Positions 50,207 through 50,391 of a DNA stretch of 50,391 nt are shown here, piece after piece (position 1 is the stretch's first letter; every line of letters starts with the position of its first letter). Below the pieces are notes generated by a model that had not been told where the DNA came from, made no database searches, and was given only the letters and a program-made list of their open reading frames with translations. The translations under genes were made by a program, and so were the position numbers. Origin of the DNA: a virus. Where the stretch lies: IMG/VR virus record IMGVR_UViG_3300003155_000001, positions 1-50,391 of that record; one strand, written 5' to 3'.

Positions 50207-50391
50207 ATGATGGATGGATCAGGATTGAGTGTAGCGGATGCGATTGCACTCGAAGGAAGGAACAACTGTTGCAATGATGGATGTGGTAACGGGCTTTTTG
50301 GAGGAGACGGAGCTATCTGGATTCTTTTCCTTCTGTTCCTGCTCGGTGCCGGAGCATGGGGCAATGGTAACGGATGGGGAGGCAATGGCGG
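50207..50391 (+). CDS. Gly/Asn/Gln/Cys-rich membrane-anchored protein, 5' part (continues at nt 24 via the junction)
   Basis: ATG 50207 follows GAAAGGAGAA. ..CCNDGCGNGLFGGDGAIWILFLLFLLGAGAWGNGNGWGGNGG. The frame is open to the window end. Confidence 0.65.
   Translation, partial: MMDGSGLSVADAIALEGRNNCCNDGCGNGLFGGDGAIWILFLLFLLGAGAWGNGNGWGGNG

Noticed and set aside
1-50391. Searched by eye for tRNA/tmRNA genes, CRISPR repeats, integrase/excisionase, CI/Cro-type repressors, att-like sites, reverse transcriptase (DGR/retron) and toxin-antitoxin pairs
   Set aside because: None was recognised. There is no T-arm-like GGTTCGAATCC-type motif, no regularly spaced direct repeats, and no tyrosine or serine recombinase motifs. 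Absence by eye is not proof. tRNAscan and profile searches should confirm.

Overview
The window is a complete, circularly closed tailed-phage genome. Nt 1-23 are identical to nt 50369-50391, so the unique length is 50,368 bp, and one gene (50207..50391 plus 1..669) runs across the artificial ends. All ~80 credible genes are on the + strand and tightly packed. They use AGGAGG-type ribosome-binding sites, about 11 near-consensus sigma-A promoters (TTGACA-17-TGnTATAAT) and about 11 intrinsic terminators. By inference this points to a Gram-positive (Firmicutes/Clostridia-like) host. I saw no integrase, repressor, tRNA, rRNA or CRISPR array, so there is no recognisable lysogeny module.

Layout:
- Early replication/recombination region, about 2.3-22.2 kb: DnaG-type primase, gp32-like SSB, DUF551-like protein, DnaE-type Pol III alpha, RecA, Cas4/RecB-like exonuclease, PAPS-reductase-like protein, a truncated N6-methylase-like protein, RuvC-like resolvase, RNase HI, and many small Cys-rich proteins.
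- Late region, starting at a strong promoter at 22261: a structured ~340-nt leader ending in a terminator, a TerS-like gene, ParB-like and GT-A-like genes, then TerL.
- Between TerL and portal, unusually: a block of receptor-binding protein, SGNH esterase, holins and endolysin.
- Then portal, Mu-F/gp7-like protein, scaffold, gpD-like decoration protein, gpE-like major capsid, connectors, tail tube, chaperones, tape measure, Dit, Gp37-like protein and fibre.
- Last: a sigma-region-4-like regulator and an accessory cluster of Gly/Asn/Gln/Cys-rich and ferritin-like proteins that spans the junction.

Main second-look items:
1. terL appears to be split by a ~955-nt group I intron carrying an HNH homing endonuclease. 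P1, P10, omega-G and an in-frame exon 2 are all visible.
2. The promoter-leader-terminator unit in front of terS has two long perfect inverted repeats.
3. A TGTTAT/ATAACA motif network sits at promoters.
4. HeH/SAP-like modules and acidic-Trp tails recur in unrelated proteins.
5. An HsdM-like protein lacks the catalytic motif.
6. A ParB plus GT-A-like pair lies between terS and terL.

All functional calls rest on motif recognition by eye. No database search, folding or statistics was run.
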